A stretch of 64,000 bases of DNA from Candidatus Poseidoniaceae archaeon (lineage in GTDB: Archaea > Thermoplasmatota > Poseidoniia > Poseidoniales > Poseidoniaceae), in assembly GCA_045568435.1 (NCBI GenBank), contig JBJLBB010000003.1, positions 2,509 to 66,508 of the forward strand. The letters run 5' to 3'. Numbering within the stretch: position 1 is the stretch's first letter; every line of letters starts with the position of its first letter. A program made the translations under genes and the position numbers. The notes under the pieces are model-generated. The model searched no databases. It worked only from the letters and a program-made list of their open reading frames with translations, and was not told the DNA's origin. Below, in pieces: positions 46,157-57,500 of the stretch.

Positions 46157-48838
46157 ATGAAGTTCGACGGTAAACTGGGTATAATCAGTGGGCGTTACCA
46201 CTCTGTCGATGCCTCCAAAGGGGGTGCTGACCACAAAACCATCCTCGAAGTATTCGCACGTTGCGAAGATGGGCGCTCGGCCTGTTTACTCGTTTCAGGT
46301 ATGTCACCAACCTTTGAGATAACCCCTCTAAGTGCTTGGAAAGAAGGTCAAGAACTCCCACAATTATTTCTTGATAAATTAAAGCGCCTTGAGGCCAATG
46401 AAGATATTCGCTCAATTAGCGGCCCTGAGATGAAACTTACAGACCTTGGCATGCGACCAATCTGGCAAGTAACCGCCCGTCAGCCATTTGTTGTCCCAAG
46501 TCTTAGAAAATCGCTTGTAAAGCAATCATGGCAGATATTTGCCGGCGATATACCATTTTTGAATCGTCTTTTCCTCGACAATGACCTAAGCATGCACGTC
46601 CATGCAAAAGGCGAAATTATCGATTCAAGAGATATAATTGAAAATGGTGAAGAGCAGAGATTGAAAGTACTCAAGGCTGGTGGAGCGGGAAGATATGCTG
46701 TTGACATCACAGTATCTTGTGATGTTAGTGATTTATCAGATTGTGAACCATTCCAAGTACCATTCAAAGTATTCTCTTTCGACCTTGAAACCAGTATTGA
46801 GCATGAAAAAGTCCTGTGTGCGGCCGCATGGATTGAAGATATGTCAAATGGTACTCGGCAAGAATTCTCGTTTGAAGGTGAAGAGACTTACATCATGGAA
46901 CAACTGACTCTCGTAGTTAGAGGGCAAGACCCAGATGTCATCACCGGATATAATATTGATAATTTTGATTTGCCCAAACTCAATGATAGGATGGATGTTC
47001 AAGCAAAAAGGTCAGATTGGCGCAAACGTGCAGCACTATTTGGTTGGGGTAGAGTCGAGCAATCAGAAGCAGAAAACAAAAGATTGCGAACAGGTTTAAT
47101 CCCGCGTAGACAAAGTAATCGAGCATGGAATGTCGCAGGCCGAAGTATTGTAGATGCTTGGTGGCAGGCACGAATGACGCTTCGACCTCAACGAGAAACC
47201 CTTTCTTATGTTGCTAAGTTACTATTTCCAGACGATGCTGAAAGACATAAAATGGATGTTGATGCTTCAAAGATGGACCAAGAATGGGCAGATAGGCCAG
47301 ATGTGGTAATGGAGTACTGTATTAGAGACGCAGCATTACCTCTCGATATTCTAAATCAATTACAAGTTGTAAGGCGTAAAGAAGCGGTAGCAGCAGTTGC
47401 CAAGGTATCATTTGATACTGCAGCGAATGGAAGCAGTAGCCAACTTGTTGATTCTCTAATAATTAGATTGGCAGATAGAGAGAAGGTCGCTGTACCATTG
47501 ACTGGTTCTGCTGAAGCCAAAGAGGGGCAAATCACAGGCGGTTATGTTCACGATGTAGCAGCAGGACTTCATCCTTGGATTGCTGTTTTGGATTTCAAAA
47601 GTATGTATCCATCAATTATGATTGGCAATAATATCTGCTATACAACAAGAATAGACCCGGTTCAATCAGACCAACCGGTAGAAGATGAACCGGTTTATAC
47701 CGCACCAACAGGGGCACGTTTCCGTCATCAAAGTGTCCGCAAAGGCCTTGTTCCAACCCTTCTTGAAAACCTAATGGCTCAAAGAGATGTTCACAAAGCA
47801 TCACTAAAAGTTGCTAAAGAGCAAAGTGATTCAGCCGGAATAATGTTCCATGATTCGATGCAATATGCGGTAAAAATTCTAATGAATACTTTCTATGGAG
47901 TCTTTGCAAGTGGCTTTTATCGTTTTACTCATCGTGATCTTGGTTCTTCAATCACCGCCTGGGCTAGATTCAATATCAAGGATATAATTTCTCAATTAGA
48001 ACAAGAGGAACATCATGTAGTTTACTCTGATACAGACTCCATTTTTGTCCGCTCACCGGTGCCCGATGGTTCACCTTCAACAATTAAGCAAGAGGATTTC
48101 GTTGCCGCAGAGCAAGGCGATAAAGAGGCACAAAAACAAGTAGAAGCATGGAATAAAGCGAAGCAAAGTATGCTTGATTTCGGACTTGAAATCGCAGAAC
48201 GTTACAGTAAAGATTCAGCGATTTTGGAATATGAAAAAGGCCTCTCAGTATTCTTCAGTCACGGAGCTAAGAAGCGTTATGTCGGGCAAGTTGTCTGGCC
48301 AAATGAAGAGATGCTCATTCGTGGATATGAGACACAAAGAACTGACTCATTCTCTTATTTGACTAAAACAATGAAGCAATTATTTACGTTTGCTCTAGCC
48401 GATGAAGGTGAGGAATTAGTCAAGTGTGCTCTTGATAGAGTCAAAGCACTCAAGGACAATCAAGTCGAGGCAACCGAACTCATTCTCGCTAAATCTTGTA
48501 AAGGCAGAGTCAACAAAGATGGCTCAGTTGATTTTAGTAAAAATTATGCTAAACCGGATAGTATGGCGCAAGTAAGAGTTGCTAAGGCGAGAATCGCTCT
48601 TGGCCTTGGATTTACTTCAGGAATGAAAGTATCCTATGTCGTAACCGATGCTTCAGTTAGTCCAATGACTGTAAAACCATGGTTGGAAACAGAGGAAGGT
48701 GGGGGAATAACAGGCTATGATGGTCGATTTTATGCAGAGAGATTAGCGGCAGCACTTGGAAGAATAACCGAGGCTTTTGGTTGGAATGCCAAAGAATTGA
48801 TTGCTGGGAATAAGCAAACATCGTTATTTTCGTTCTAA
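46157..48838 (+). CDS. polB: Family B DNA polymerase
   Basis: Exonuclease motifs DLET, YNIDNFD, YCIRD; polymerase motifs DFKSMYPS, KILMNTFYG, YSDTDS, KKRY; PIP box QTSLFSF. No intein. Confidence 0.95.
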   Translation: MKFDGKLGIISGRYHSVDASKGGADHKTILEVFARCEDGRSACLLVSGMSPTFEITPLSAWKEGQELPQLFLDKLKRLEANEDIRSISGPEMKLTDLGMRPIWQVTARQPFVVPSLRKSLVKQSWQIFAGDIPFLNRLFLDNDLSMHVHAKGEIIDSRDIIENGEEQRLKVLKAGGAGRYAVDITVSCDVSDLSDCEPFQVPFKVFSFDLETSIEHEKVLCAAAWIEDMSNGTRQEFSFEGEETYIMEQLTLVVRGQDPDVITGYNIDNFDLPKLNDRMDVQAKRSDWRKRAALFGWGRVEQSEAENKRLRTGLIPRRQSNRAWNVAGRSIVDAWWQARMTLRPQRETLSYVAKLLFPDDAERHKMDVDASKMDQEWADRPDVVMEYCIRDAALPLDILNQLQVVRRKEAVAAVAKVSFDTAANGSSSQLVDSLIIRLADREKVAVPLTGSAEAKEGQITGGYVHDVAAGLHPWIAVLDFKSMYPSIMIGNNICYTTRIDPVQSDQPVEDEPVYTAPTGARFRHQSVRKGLVPTLLENLMAQRDVHKASLKVAKEQSDSAGIMFHDSMQYAVKILMNTFYGVFASGFYRFTHRDLGSSITAWARFNIKDIISQLEQEEHHVVYSDTDSIFVRSPVPDGSPSTIKQEDFVAAEQGDKEAQKQVEAWNKAKQSMLDFGLEIAERYSKDSAILEYEKGLSVFFSHGAKKRYVGQVVWPNEEMLIRGYETQRTDSFSYLTKTMKQLFTFALADEGEELVKCALDRVKALKDNQVEATELILAKSCKGRVNKDGSVDFSKNYAKPDSMAQVRVAKARIALGLGFTSGMKVSYVVTDASVSPMTVKPWLETEEGGGITGYDGRFYAERLAAALGRITEAFGWNAKELIAGNKQTSLFSF

Positions 48839-48891
48839 ATTGACCCATTCGACGGGAGTATTTTTGATATATGCTATGTACACCCGCTACT

Positions 48892-50078
48892 ATGAAGTCG
48901 CATGTTAAGCCAATTCTAGTGGTCTTGATTATGGTATCAATAAGCCTTGCTGGTTGTATTACTGGCGATTCAGGAGATAATGATGTTCCTGTTACTGCGG
49001 TCTTTTCTTATTCTCCAACAACCGTAATATTAGGACAGGAGATAGTGTTGAATTAGACGCATCTGCCTCATTGCCTCAAGATGGCTCTCTAACATATAGT
49101 TGGGATTGTGATGGCGATGGTGCTGCTGATGAAACTGGTCAAAAGACCGATTGTTCATGGGAAGTCGAAGGCACATACAGTGTCACATTGACTGTGGCCT
49201 CTGGTGGAATAAGTAATTCACAAACCAAAGACATAACAGTTACAGAGGCGCCAGTAGGAACTCCAACAGCAGAGATAACTCAATATGCAGATGAAGAAGA
49301 CTGCCTGTACGATGATATTGATGAAACAAAAAACATCTTGGTTTGGATTTGTGCGATGGATAAATCTGATTCAGACCGTGAAGTCACTGAAACAACAATC
49401 GTTCAACTAGACGGCTCAGATTCAGTGTCTGGCGGAGATAGTGAGTATATTACAACCTGGAACTGGGATATAAATCTTGAATATGACTCTGACGGTGATG
49501 GAAATTTGGAGAATGATGCTGACCTAACTGGTGAAAGCGTTGAATGGAAAGATGTGGCACCTGGGGAATATGAAGTCAATCTTTCTGTCACCAATAGTGC
49601 AGGGTCAATGGATGGAGATAAAATCAAAGTCTATGTTTCATATTATGGTGAATGGAAAGATTTTCAAATCGATGGAAATAATTCAGGCTCCCCAAAGGTG
49701 ATTGAATTTGATATGCCTGTAGTCTATGATAGAGACCAAGGCAATACAATCAGAAAAGTAGAGACAATTCTAACCTATCCCCAAGTAGATGATGATTGTG
49801 TACTTGGCGAGAATCAATGTGCTAATACTTTGAATCTATACGCATTCAATGAAGAGGATGATGAAGCATCAAATACTTCAGAAACCGCTAATGAGAACCG
49901 TGATGCTGGAGACTGTGATGATGATGAAAATTATTGTGTAATGCTACTTCTCAGTTCCTACATGTTTACCGAAACAGAATCGACATATGGTGATGGAGAA
50001 TGGCTAATGCAGATTAGAAATAACCGTTGGAATGACGTTCAAGTTGAATCGATGGTCATTATTTTGCACTATAAATGA
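48892..50078 (+). CDS. PKD-domain lipoprotein (frameshift at ~49020)
   Basis: Lipobox LAGC in 48892-49056. Adding one A at 49020-49021 continues as NRNIRTGDSVELDASAS...YSWD, a PKD motif, into ORF 49071-50078. Confidence 0.75.
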
Positions 50079-50138
50079 ATAAATAATCCTCTTATTCTAT
50101 TTAGAAAGCCCTTTGATGGATAGCCTCGAGGGTAGTAT

Positions 50139-51590
50139 ATGCGAAGAACCCGAATCGTTGCTACGATTGGTCCAGCATCTCAAGACGAATCAACTTTGAA
50201 ATCGTTATTGAAAGCCGGAGTAGATGTTTGTCGTCTAAATTATTCACATGGTGAACCTGAACACAAAACTCCGATCTATGAACGAATTCGTTCAATGGAA
50301 AAAGAAATAGGTAGGCCTACATGTATTCTTGCAGACCTTCCAGGGCCTAAACTAAGACTTGGTGAATTCCCCGGCGTAGTATTACTTGAGAGAGGAAGGA
50401 AAGTTGAACTCCACTGTGGAGTTCATCAAATGGACGATGCTTCACAGTCAAAATTACCAGTACAATACGATGGCCTTTCTGCTGAATTAAAGCCAGAAGA
50501 CCCAGTTTTAATCGCTGATGGATTGATACGGTTGAAAGTAGAAAAATCCCCTGGGGAATCTGGAGGAATTGTAGTTTGTACAGTTGAAGACGGCGGACCA
50601 GTGAGCGCTCGTAAGGGAATAAATGTACCAGGGACTCTAGTTGACTTACCGGCTATTGGGCCTAAGGATAAAGCCGCCCTCGCTCATGCTTTAGAGGCTG
50701 GAGCAGATTATGTCGCAGTTAGTTATGTTAGAACTCCTGAAGATCTATTGCCTGCCAAAGAAGCAATTGCAGCAGCAGGTCAACATGTGCCAGTTATTGC
50801 TAAAATCGAACATCCAGTCGCTCTCGAGCACCTTAATGACATTCTCGATTTAGCAGATGCTGTAATGGTCGCTAGAGGAGATTTAGGTGTTGAGATCCCA
50901 CTGGAACAAGTCCCACAAGCCCAACAAAGAATTGTCGATGGAGCGATAAAGAGGGGAATGGTCGTTATTGTAGCAACACAAATGCTGGAGACCATGACTC
51001 TTAATCCACGCCCAACCCGTGCTGAGGTTAGTGATGTTTCTACCGCAATACGTCACGGCGCCACTGCAGTAATGCTCTCAGGAGAAACAGCTTCAGGAGA
51101 TTATCCTTTACAAGCGGTTGAAACAATGGCCAAAATAGCAACCGCTACCGAACAAGGCTTAGCATCCAGTGAGGTACGCCCAGGCGCACAAGCTACCTAC
51201 AAAACTACTAGGGCAGTTGCTCATGCAGGCGTTGAACTAGCTAAGATGTCAGGGGCGGTTAGAATTATGGTTGCAACCGAACACGGTAATGCGCCTCGTT
51301 TGGTTTCAGCGTATCAGCCAGGTATTCCTATCACTGCAGTTACAGACAGAGTTCGTGCAGCAAGAAGAGTTCAACTTTTGCCAGGTGTTGACAGTCTAAT
51401 AGTCAAAGAATTCGAGCGAGGCTCTCAAACAATGCAAGAGGGATTAAAGATTCTATGTGAGCGTGGAGAGGTTGTAGTTGGCCAAAGAGTAGTTGCTATT
51501 TCGGGTAGTCCTTTAGCGATACGAGGTGCTACTAGTACCACTCGATTATATCGTATTGCAGATGATGGTTCGATTCAAGGCGCAGAGTAG
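50139..51590 (+). CDS. pyk: Pyruvate kinase
   Basis: RTRIVATIGPAS, RLNYSHG, IAKIE, MVARGDLGVE, ATQMLE, PTRAE, MLSGETA. Confidence 0.96.
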   Translation: MRRTRIVATIGPASQDESTLKSLLKAGVDVCRLNYSHGEPEHKTPIYERIRSMEKEIGRPTCILADLPGPKLRLGEFPGVVLLERGRKVELHCGVHQMDDASQSKLPVQYDGLSAELKPEDPVLIADGLIRLKVEKSPGESGGIVVCTVEDGGPVSARKGINVPGTLVDLPAIGPKDKAALAHALEAGADYVAVSYVRTPEDLLPAKEAIAAAGQHVPVIAKIEHPVALEHLNDILDLADAVMVARGDLGVEIPLEQVPQAQQRIVDGAIKRGMVVIVATQMLETMTLNPRPTRAEVSDVSTAIRHGATAVMLSGETASGDYPLQAVETMAKIATATEQGLASSEVRPGAQATYKTTRAVAHAGVELAKMSGAVRIMVATEHGNAPRLVSAYQPGIPITAVTDRVRAARRVQLLPGVDSLIVKEFERGSQTMQEGLKILCERGEVVVGQRVVAISGSPLAIRGATSTTRLYRIADDGSIQGAE

Positions 51591-51719
51591 ATAAAATAAC
51601 CCATTGAGAATTAATAATCGGCTCATACAGTGCCTTTTTTAATATTTTGACACAGTAGATTCTATGCGTCGCTTTCAAATAGGGGATTATTGTCGGATGG
51701 CTGCTAAGGAGTAATTAAT

Positions 51720-53015
51720 ATGCCAGCACAATGGGAAGATAAGACTAAGCCACACCGTAATATTGTATTCGTCGGTCACGTAGACCACGGAAAGTCGACC
51801 ACTGTAGGTCGTCTTCTGTTGGACTCAGGTCACATCGAAGAACACGTTATCGAAAAGAACGAAAAGTTAGCTGCAGAAGCTGGTAAAGCCGGTTTCGGAC
51901 TTGCTTACGTTATGGACGGATTAAAGGAAGAGAGAGAGCGTGGAATTACTATCGACGTTGCTCACAAGGAATTCTTCACCCCTAAGTACTACTGGACTAT
52001 CATTGATGCTCCAGGTCACCGAGATTTCGTAAAGAACATGATTACTGGTGCTTCTCAAGCAGATACAGCAGTTCTTCTATGTGCTGCTAACGATGGTGTA
52101 AACGCTCAAACCAAGGAACACGCTTTCCTAGCTAAGGTTCTTGGTGTTAAGGAACTGATTGTCCACGTCAACAAGATGGATATTTCTGGTGTTGACTGGT
52201 CAGAAGACAAGTACAAGGCTGCATGCAGTCAAGTTACAGACTTGCTAAAGATGGCTGGATTTGGTTCTCAACTTGATAACATACCAATGATCCCTGCATC
52301 TTCTTTGAAGGGCGACAACGTTTTCGAAAAGAGTGCAAACACTCCATGGTATAATGGACCTACACTTTTCGAAGCTATCGATGCTGCAGCAATGCCTAAC
52401 AAGCCAATCGACAAGCCTCTAAGACTACCTATCCAAGATGTGTACAAGATTTCCGGTATTGGAACTGTACCTGTTGGTAAGATCGAAACAGGAACTTTGA
52501 ATGTTGGTAAGACAGTTGTCTTCAACCCATCTCAAAAGTCTGCTGAAGTCAAGTCGATTGAAATGCACCACACAATGGTACCAAAGGCAGAACCTGGAGA
52601 CAACGTTGGTTTCAACGTTCGTGGCCTAGCTGCAGTTGACATCCGCCGTGGTGACGTTGCAGGATACTCCGACAGTGAGCCAACCTTTGTCCGTCACGAC
52701 GAAACTTTCGTTGGACAAATCCAACTTATGGATATTCCAAAGGCTGTATCAATCGGTTACACCCCAGTTTTCCACTCTCACACCGCACAAGTTGCAGTGA
52801 GATTCCAAGAACTACTAGAAAAGACAAACAAGAATGGTAAAGAAGCTAACCCATCTTTCCTAAAGACTGGTGACGCTTGTTTGATTCGTTTCCAACCAAC
52901 AAAGCCACTTGCAATTGAGCAAATGGATACCTTCCCTGAATTATCCCGTTTCGCTATCCGTGACATGGGTAAGACAGTTGCTGCTGGTGTCTGTTTAAAG
53001 ATTGAAAAGAAGTGA
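51720..53015 (+). CDS. tuf: Translation elongation factor EF-1alpha
   Basis: GHVDHGKST, ERERGITID, DAPGHRDF, NKMD, RFAIRDMG. Confidence 0.97.
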   Translation: MPAQWEDKTKPHRNIVFVGHVDHGKSTTVGRLLLDSGHIEEHVIEKNEKLAAEAGKAGFGLAYVMDGLKEERERGITIDVAHKEFFTPKYYWTIIDAPGHRDFVKNMITGASQADTAVLLCAANDGVNAQTKEHAFLAKVLGVKELIVHVNKMDISGVDWSEDKYKAACSQVTDLLKMAGFGSQLDNIPMIPASSLKGDNVFEKSANTPWYNGPTLFEAIDAAAMPNKPIDKPLRLPIQDVYKISGIGTVPVGKIETGTLNVGKTVVFNPSQKSAEVKSIEMHHTMVPKAEPGDNVGFNVRGLAAVDIRRGDVAGYSDSEPTFVRHDETFVGQIQLMDIPKAVSIGYTPVFHSHTAQVAVRFQELLEKTNKNGKEANPSFLKTGDACLIRFQPTKPLAIEQMDTFPELSRFAIRDMGKTVAAGVCLKIEKK

Positions 53016-53053
53016 TTCTGATATTTGGCGAGTAATTGGTTGGAGGATTAATT

Positions 53054-53383
53054 TTGGCAGCAGTAACAATTATCAAATTAACTGGTGAAAACCACAGCGA
53101 CCTCGATAAAGTTGCTAGTCAAATTAAGACCATCTGTGATACAGGTGGAATCTCACTTAGAGGTCCTATACCTCTGCCAACACGTCGATTGGTTGTTCCA
53201 GTTCGCAAAGCACCAGATGGTGAAGGAAGCGAAACATACGATCATTGGGAATTAAGAGTTCACAAGCGTTTGCTTGAGATGGATATCAATACCGGTAAGG
53301 ACGAGTCTGCTTTGAGACAAGTTACTAGAATTGAGATTCCAGACACAGTAAGTATTGAACTTTCAATGCGTGTTGTTAACTGA
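53054..53383 (+). CDS. rpsJ: 30S ribosomal protein S10 (uS10)
   Basis: GPIPLPT, RKAPDGEG, HKRL; TTG start after GGAGG; follows tuf. Confidence 0.93.
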   Translation: MAAVTIIKLTGENHSDLDKVASQIKTICDTGGISLRGPIPLPTRRLVVPVRKAPDGEGSETYDHWELRVHKRLLEMDINTGKDESALRQVTRIEIPDTVSIELSMRVVN

Positions 53384-53394
53384 AACCAATCTCT

Positions 53395-54408
53395 TCAAAG
53401 AGATTCAACTTCAGCCACACCAGATTCAATCAGCCAATTAGCAGTTTCTTTGTCTAAGTAATGAACATCTTCTTTCTCAAGAAGGATTTCTTCCCCATCT
53501 CCTACAGAGATAGGTTCTGGAAATGATTCTATGACTCTTATTCGAATCAAATCATTGTCTGGAGAATTTTCTTCTGCTTTAACCTCTTTACTTTCTGGAA
53601 TATCTAAGTTATCAAGTTCTATTGTATTGCTTGATTCTTTTGATGGAGCTAATTCCATTGCAGCAGAATGTTTGTTTGATTGCTTCTCGGGTTTCTTTTC
53701 AATTTGTTCAACAGATTTATTTTCAATAAGGTCACTTTGAGCAAACTCGTCGATATCGGGCCATTGGTCAACTAAAAAGCGGTCTTCTTCATCTATTTCT
53801 TGCGGGATTTCTTGTTGAGTTTGTTCGTCTGCAAATACTAAATCAGGTGGTGGACTTCCTGTTAATCCCTTATCTTGGTCAACAAATGAGTCTAATTGCA
53901 TAGTACCAGGTGAATGAACCATTTTTTCAATCATATTTCCAGTCAATTCTCCATTCTGCATAGAATTCCAATCGATATCTTTCTTGAAACGGTCCATTTG
54001 AATCTGCAGACCATGGTAGAAGGCTTTCTCAGCCGGGTCATGTCTCTGCCAGTCAAGAGGGGGCAAGTCTTGTGACATGCCTGGTTGCGAAGCGATCCTG
54101 AGTGATTGGGAAGCAACATGTTGCATCATAGCAACCAGTCTTTTTCTTGCCAACTCCGAAGCGATTCTTCTAACATTAGCCTGTCTTTTCTGAAGATTCT
54201 GTAATCTAATTCCAGTCATCCCATTCATCATCATATGCTGAATATCTAGGTCAATATCTGAAAGTAATTTACCTACGGTTTGCCAAAAATCAGGTCTAGG
54301 TAAAGCGACTGGCACATGCCTTGAGGATTGCTGCCGACGGGTGGCGAATAGTTCTTCTTCGATCTCTCGCGCTTGTGCGCTATCGAGGTATCGGTCCTCC
54401 GTCATCAT
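53395..54408 (-). CDS. Putative GINS (Gins51-like) subunit with long acidic linker
   Basis: Helical N-domain; C-terminal B-domain-like IRIRVIESFP..VGDGE..LEKEDV..L...A.WLIESGVAE. Confidence 0.6.
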   Translation of the reverse strand: MMTEDRYLDSAQAREIEEELFATRRQQSSRHVPVALPRPDFWQTVGKLLSDIDLDIQHMMMNGMTGIRLQNLQKRQANVRRIASELARKRLVAMMQHVASQSLRIASQPGMSQDLPPLDWQRHDPAEKAFYHGLQIQMDRFKKDIDWNSMQNGELTGNMIEKMVHSPGTMQLDSFVDQDKGLTGSPPPDLVFADEQTQQEIPQEIDEEDRFLVDQWPDIDEFAQSDLIENKSVEQIEKKPEKQSNKHSAAMELAPSKESSNTIELDNLDIPESKEVKAEENSPDNDLIRIRVIESFPEPISVGDGEEILLEKEDVHYLDKETANWLIESGVAEVESL

Positions 54409-54515
54409 GGGTTGGTAGAGTTGACGGGTTTTGAACATTGATGTATTACTGGCTAAACATCGAGACAACTGATTAATTATTGATGACCTCACCTCGCGGA
54501 GCGAGGTGAATAGAG

Positions 54516-57500
54516 ATGTCAGCCAAACAGCAAAAATTCGGCGATATTTATCGTCCGGATTTCAAAGTGTTGTTATTGGTTACAATACTCATGACTAGTA
54601 CATTAATCAATGTACCAGCCCAACACTCTTCCTCATGGGATTCTCAAGAACCTATTCAATGGAATAATAATATTGATTTTTCACCACAAGCCAATCAATC
54701 ACATATCAATACTACAGTTTCTTCGATGATTGAAGTGCCTGCAAACCATACACTGACCTCTGGTCAAGTAGATGTATCTCCAATTTGGCAAAAAGCCGAT
54801 AGTGATGGTACAGTTTTTGACACAAATGACATATTTTGGAATGGTTCATATCAGCAAACTACCCAATCCTCTCGCGATGGCCAACTAAGACTTGAGAGAA
54901 ATAGTTCGATTGGTGATATAACTGACTTTGAAACTACAACAGTGGTTCCTTCTGAAGGATGGTCTAGTAACGGTAAAGACTCCAATACTTGGACAATTAT
55001 CTCACCATCCCCTAATGCAATAATTAGCCAGTCTGGAATGTCCCTTCCCGATGAAGGATACAATGGAAGTGCTTTTCTTTCAACTTCAGATAGTGGGGAT
55101 TTGAATTCTTCAATGCATTCATGTTTACGTTCTCCAAGTTTGGATATGCCTAGAATGATAAATAACTTTTCAATATCCTTTGACCATTGGTTAGCTTTGG
55201 ATTCTACCGATGCTGCATGGGTCGAACTGCTGGATGTAAATGGTAATTGGATTGCTTTAACACCAATTAACGGGGTGAGTCAGTCCTCAAGTCTACAATA
55301 TGCTCCGAGTGTGGTTTGGACGGGTGAATCTAATTCATGGAGTCGTGTTGAAATTATGTTGGACTCTCATGTTTCATCAACTCAAGATTCGTTAAACCTA
55401 CAGTTATGCTATGAAACAAGTAATTTGTCAGTTCCACGTGGAGGGTGGTTTGTCGACCAACTCTCAATTTTTAATGAAGGGGAGCATAGAGGTGCTTTTT
55501 TCCATGGAAATCTTACTGGCGATTATCTCCCCAATTCTAATTCCAAATACATCATACCGATGAATTTCTCCTCTATCCCAACGGTTGATGAAATAGAAAT
55601 AAGCATGAGTTGGGATGTTCAAGGATATCTATATGATTACTTAACGGTTGAATATTCAATAGATAACGGGTCATCTTGGAACTTCATTTCCGGATATTAT
55701 GGTGTTCCTGGAACAGGAATTTGGCATAATGGAATTATAAATTATGGTGAATCAAATGGCTGGGTACCTATTTTTATGAACCTTAATTATAACTTTTCGA
55801 ACTCTTCAGCTTTGAATAATACCTTGGTTAGGATCTCAGTAATTACAGATTCATCAGTAAATTTTGGTGGTAAAGTTTCCAGTGAGTGGGAAGGATTTGC
55901 TATTGATAACATCATACTTCATAGTGGTAGAAACGGGCCAAATCCTTCTTCAGTATTGCATAGTGACTTTTCTACCATGCCAAATCTCTCTCTCGGCTCC
56001 CAAGATGGATGGTTGATATCTTATGGGACAAACTACAACACTCAATGGCAGTGGACAGATACGTTAGGAGTTGACTCAATGGAAGTAACCAACTTTTCAT
56101 TCGATAATGGAAACATTTTACCTGCAGGATGGTCTTTAATTTCGATTGACCAGAAGCAATGGCAGGTTGGAACGATTCCTAATGGAACCACCTATGGCCC
56201 AAGTATGTGGCCTTCAGGACAACAAGGTGCTGGAACATATCTTGGTGGCCCATACAGAAATGAAATGCTTACTCATCTATACTCTCCCGAATATTTCCTT
56301 CCCGTAGGTTCATCATCAAGATTATCATTCAAGAGTTGGGTTTGCACTGAAGCCAATTGGGACGGTGGGGCAGTATCTATTTCTACAGATGGTGGATTGA
56401 ATTGGTGGTATATACCGCCGGCTATCGGTACTTTCCATGACCAAATTTCAACGATTAATTCCAATTCACCGTTTTATGGCGAAGGTATTCTTGATGGTTC
56501 AACAATTCCGGGCGGTTGTCAAAATGCTGCAAGGCCTTTCGATGATAAGGTCTTTGAAACCACCAACCTTTCAAGTGAAAATATTAGATTTAGGTATTCT
56601 TTCTTCTCAGATCAATTGCTAGAATTCGACGGTTGGTACATCGATGATGCTGGTATTGAAATAGATATTTTCGAATTACAAGGAACATGGACATCTCCTA
56701 TTGTTTCACCTAACCCAATGTTTGGATGGGGCCATCTAGATGGATTTGTTCAGCAACCAGATAATACTTCAATTCGTTTTGACATCTTGGATATTAATAA
56801 TAATACGATTGCTGGTTATACAAATCAGTCATTACCAATAGATATTCAATTAGACCCAGAAATATATCCGAATTTAAGAATTAGAGCAAATCTAACAACT
56901 TCTAATGAATTGGTTTCACCTTCTATTGAATTTTTATCGATTGGATTTTCAACATATTTTGATGCTTATCACTATAAAAATATGGCTAATGATTCAAGGT
57001 ATTCTGGCTCATATTCTCATTTATCACTAAATGGTGACAATATTTTCGCTAATCAAGTTTCATATCTAAGAATACAAACTACCAGTTTTTGTCCTCAAAT
57101 AGGTACACAAATGTCATCAGTTGGAGATAATATCTCTCTTTACTCATCCCAGTTTGGCTTAGATTCTACATATTTCGATACAGAGATATCCAATTTCCGA
57201 GTTTTGAACTTTAGCAATAACCAACAAATTTCTTCCAGTCTTACTGATTCAGTTCAGTTGACTTTGCTTACAGGACAGAAATTTACTAAATTCGCCTACC
57301 ATCCAATTTGTGCTAAATCTCCTATAAGTCCAGAAGTTGGTCTTGGTAATCAAAACCAAAGTATCTTTTCTTGGCCGGTCACTAATTCTGGTAAAGAGTT
57401 TGGAATAACTACTGAATTCTCTTCGATTACAAGTAATGGGATTACTAATTATTCTAATGTTAATGGAGCAGTTGAACTAGAACTATTAGATGGACAACAG

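Noticed and set aside
51720..53383. tuf-rpsJ without upstream EF-2/S7 as a novelty
   Set aside because: Splitting of the str cluster is common in archaea; not informative on its own.
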